From Candidatus Gottesmanbacteria bacterium (GTDB lineage Bacteria; Patescibacteriota; Microgenomatia; UBA10105; UBA927): a stretch of 32,025 bases of DNA. The position numbers were made by a program, and so were the translations under genes. The stretch spans positions 1 through 32,025 of the forward strand of contig CAWBPL010000001.1 in the NCBI GenBank assembly GCA_963790805.1, read 5' to 3'. The notes below the pieces were generated by a model. The model was not told where the DNA came from. It did not search any database and saw only the letters and a program-made list of their open reading frames with translations. Below, piece by piece: positions 30,451 through 32,025 of this stretch (position 1 is the stretch's first letter; each line of letters begins with the position of its first letter).

Positions 30451-31352
30451 ATGGCTTCAACGATTACGTCTCAAATCAGTAGCAATGTCACGAAAACTTA
30501 CGTCTTTATGGCGGGGTTCGTGGCATTTGTGGTACTTGCCGGCTACGTGATGGGCAATGCCCTCGGCTACGGCGATTCGTGGATGTTTCTCGCCGTTATT
30601 TTCGCCGTTATTTCGAGTTTTGTGAGTTATTACTGGGGCGCTAATATGGTACTTGCGATGAGCAAGGCCCGGCCCGCGGACCGGAAGCGCGATTTTGATT
30701 TTTTTACGGTGACAGAGAATCTTGCAATTGCTGCCGGACTTCCCAAACCAAAACTCTATGTGATTGATGATCCGGCGATGAACGCATTTGCCACCGGCCG
30801 CGACCCCCAGCATGCAGTTGTGTGCGCGACCAGTGGACTTCTTGATAATTTGACCGGCGCGAAATTGAGGGCGTGATTGCTCATGAACTTTCCCACGTAA
30901 AAAATTTTGATACGCGGCTTATGGCAGTTGTAGCGGTTCTGGTGGGTACCATTGCATTTATGGCGGATTTGTTTATGCGCAGTCTCTGGTTTGGCGGAGG
31001 CCGGAGGAATCGTGACGAAGGTGAGCTTGGAGGTATTTTTTTGATTATCGGCATTGTCCTTGCGATTCTTTCCCCAATTGCGGCAACGCTTATTCAGCTT
31101 GCTGTATCACGAAAGCGGGAACTCTTGGCTGACGCATCCGGCGCGTACCTTACCCGATATCCCGAGGGACTTGCAAGTGCACTTGAGAAATTATCAAAAG
31201 ATAAAGACGTGTTGCCGTCTGCTTCCAACGCAACGAGCCATCTTTTTATCGTGAATCCGTTTAAAGGTAAAAATTTCGGCGCGTGGTTCTCCGGCCTCTT
31301 TGATACCCATCCCCCGATCGAAGAGCGGATAAAAATTTTGCGGGCGATGTAA
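30451..31352 (+). CDS. htpX: Zinc metalloprotease HtpX, M48 family (one frameshift)
   Basis: NAFATGR, AHELSH, SRKRELLAD and FDTHPP. Classic lemA-htpX pair. Confidence 0.95.
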
Positions 31353-31358
31353 TGACTT

Positions 31359-31424
31359 GTCATCCTCGACCTGATAGGGGATCCAATTTATTATTTTCTG
31401 GATTCCCGCCTGCGCGGGAATGAC
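31359..31424. repeat. Inverted pair of REP-like palindromes (one dRS3-like ATTCCC-N8-GGGAAT)
   Basis: GTCATCCTCGACCTGATAGGGGATCCA, an AT-rich spacer, then TGGATTCCCGCCTGCGCGGGAATGAC. Confidence 0.8.
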
Positions 31425-31445
31425 ACAAAAGGGTATAATTAAATA

Positions 31446-32025
31446 ATGAATCTCCGAACGCGACTTGCAATACTACTTGGTAAATCAGTTTCGTGGGTGA
31501 GTAAAACATTCCGTCTTGGGGCGGGGGCGACGTGGCCGGGGGAAATCGCACTGCGGATAAACCCGCAGAATTTTGCGGGTGCTAAGCGAAAAGGCGCCGC
31601 ATATTATTTTCGTTGCCGGCACAAACGGGAAAACAACGACCGTCAAAATGATTGAGACGATTCTTGCGGCAAGCGGCAAAAATGCCATCCGTAATGCAAG
31701 CGGCGCAAATCTGGATAATGGGCTTACGTCCGCATTTCTTGCGGACATGCGGTGGAATCACATTTCCATTCAAATTATTTTATTTTTGAAGTTGATGAAT
31801 TAACACTTCCGAACATATTGAAAGACATCACGCCGGAAATTATCGTTCTCACGAATTTATTCCGTGATCAGCTGGACCGATATGGCGAGGTTGATGCAAT
31901 TGCGGAAAAATGGATGGTAGCCCTTGGTGCGCTGGATACAACAACAACGGTCATTGTGAATGCCGATGATCCGCAACTTGCGTTTATCGGAAGTAAACTG
32001 ACGACAAAAGTGAAATATTTTGCAG
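31446..32025 (+). CDS. murT: MurT (lipid II isoglutaminyl synthase subunit, Mur ligase family), partial and frameshifted
   Basis: GATWPGEIAL, GTNGKTTT, NASGANL, EVDE, NLFRDQLDRYGE and NADDP. Confidence 0.88.

Noticed and set aside
3841-32025. Mass pseudogenisation or programmed frameshifting
   Set aside because: Indels hit essential genes (ileS, rpmA, rodA) as often as accessory ones and protein motifs remain intact. This is the pattern of long-read sequencing error.

Overview
Error-rich long-read-type sequence: single-base indels split many conserved genes, including ileS, rpmA, rodA, polX, lemA, htpX and murT. Gene content and gene density point to a CPR/Patescibacteria genome, most likely Microgenomates; this is an inference. 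The first ~225 bp are a GC-rich nuoN fragment that is probably a chimeric join. Next is a compact candidate RiPP locus (293-3306): a radical SAM/SPASM enzyme with a probable C-terminal PqqD/RRE domain, a second radical SAM enzyme fused to a YkgJ/FliB-like Cys-cluster domain, an uncalled 31-aa Lys/Ser/His-rich peptide with a strong RBS, and a terminator. This is followed by a very small T-box riboswitch before a type II ileS, then rodA, a lipoprotein with a structured leader, rplU-methyltransferase-rpmA-parB and lepB. A GIY-YIG nuclease cassette sits in the 5' end of tRNA-Val. The rest comprises a secreted beta-propeller/PT-linker/lipase fusion, a ~10.5 kb glycosyltransferase and O-antigen ligase cluster, three more tRNAs, a LysM protein, polX, lemA, htpX and a partial murT. 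Short GC-rich palindromic elements are scattered through the window, at tRNA 5' ends and in frame inside proteins. Three of the four tRNAs have C instead of U at position 55, and several genes look leaderless.
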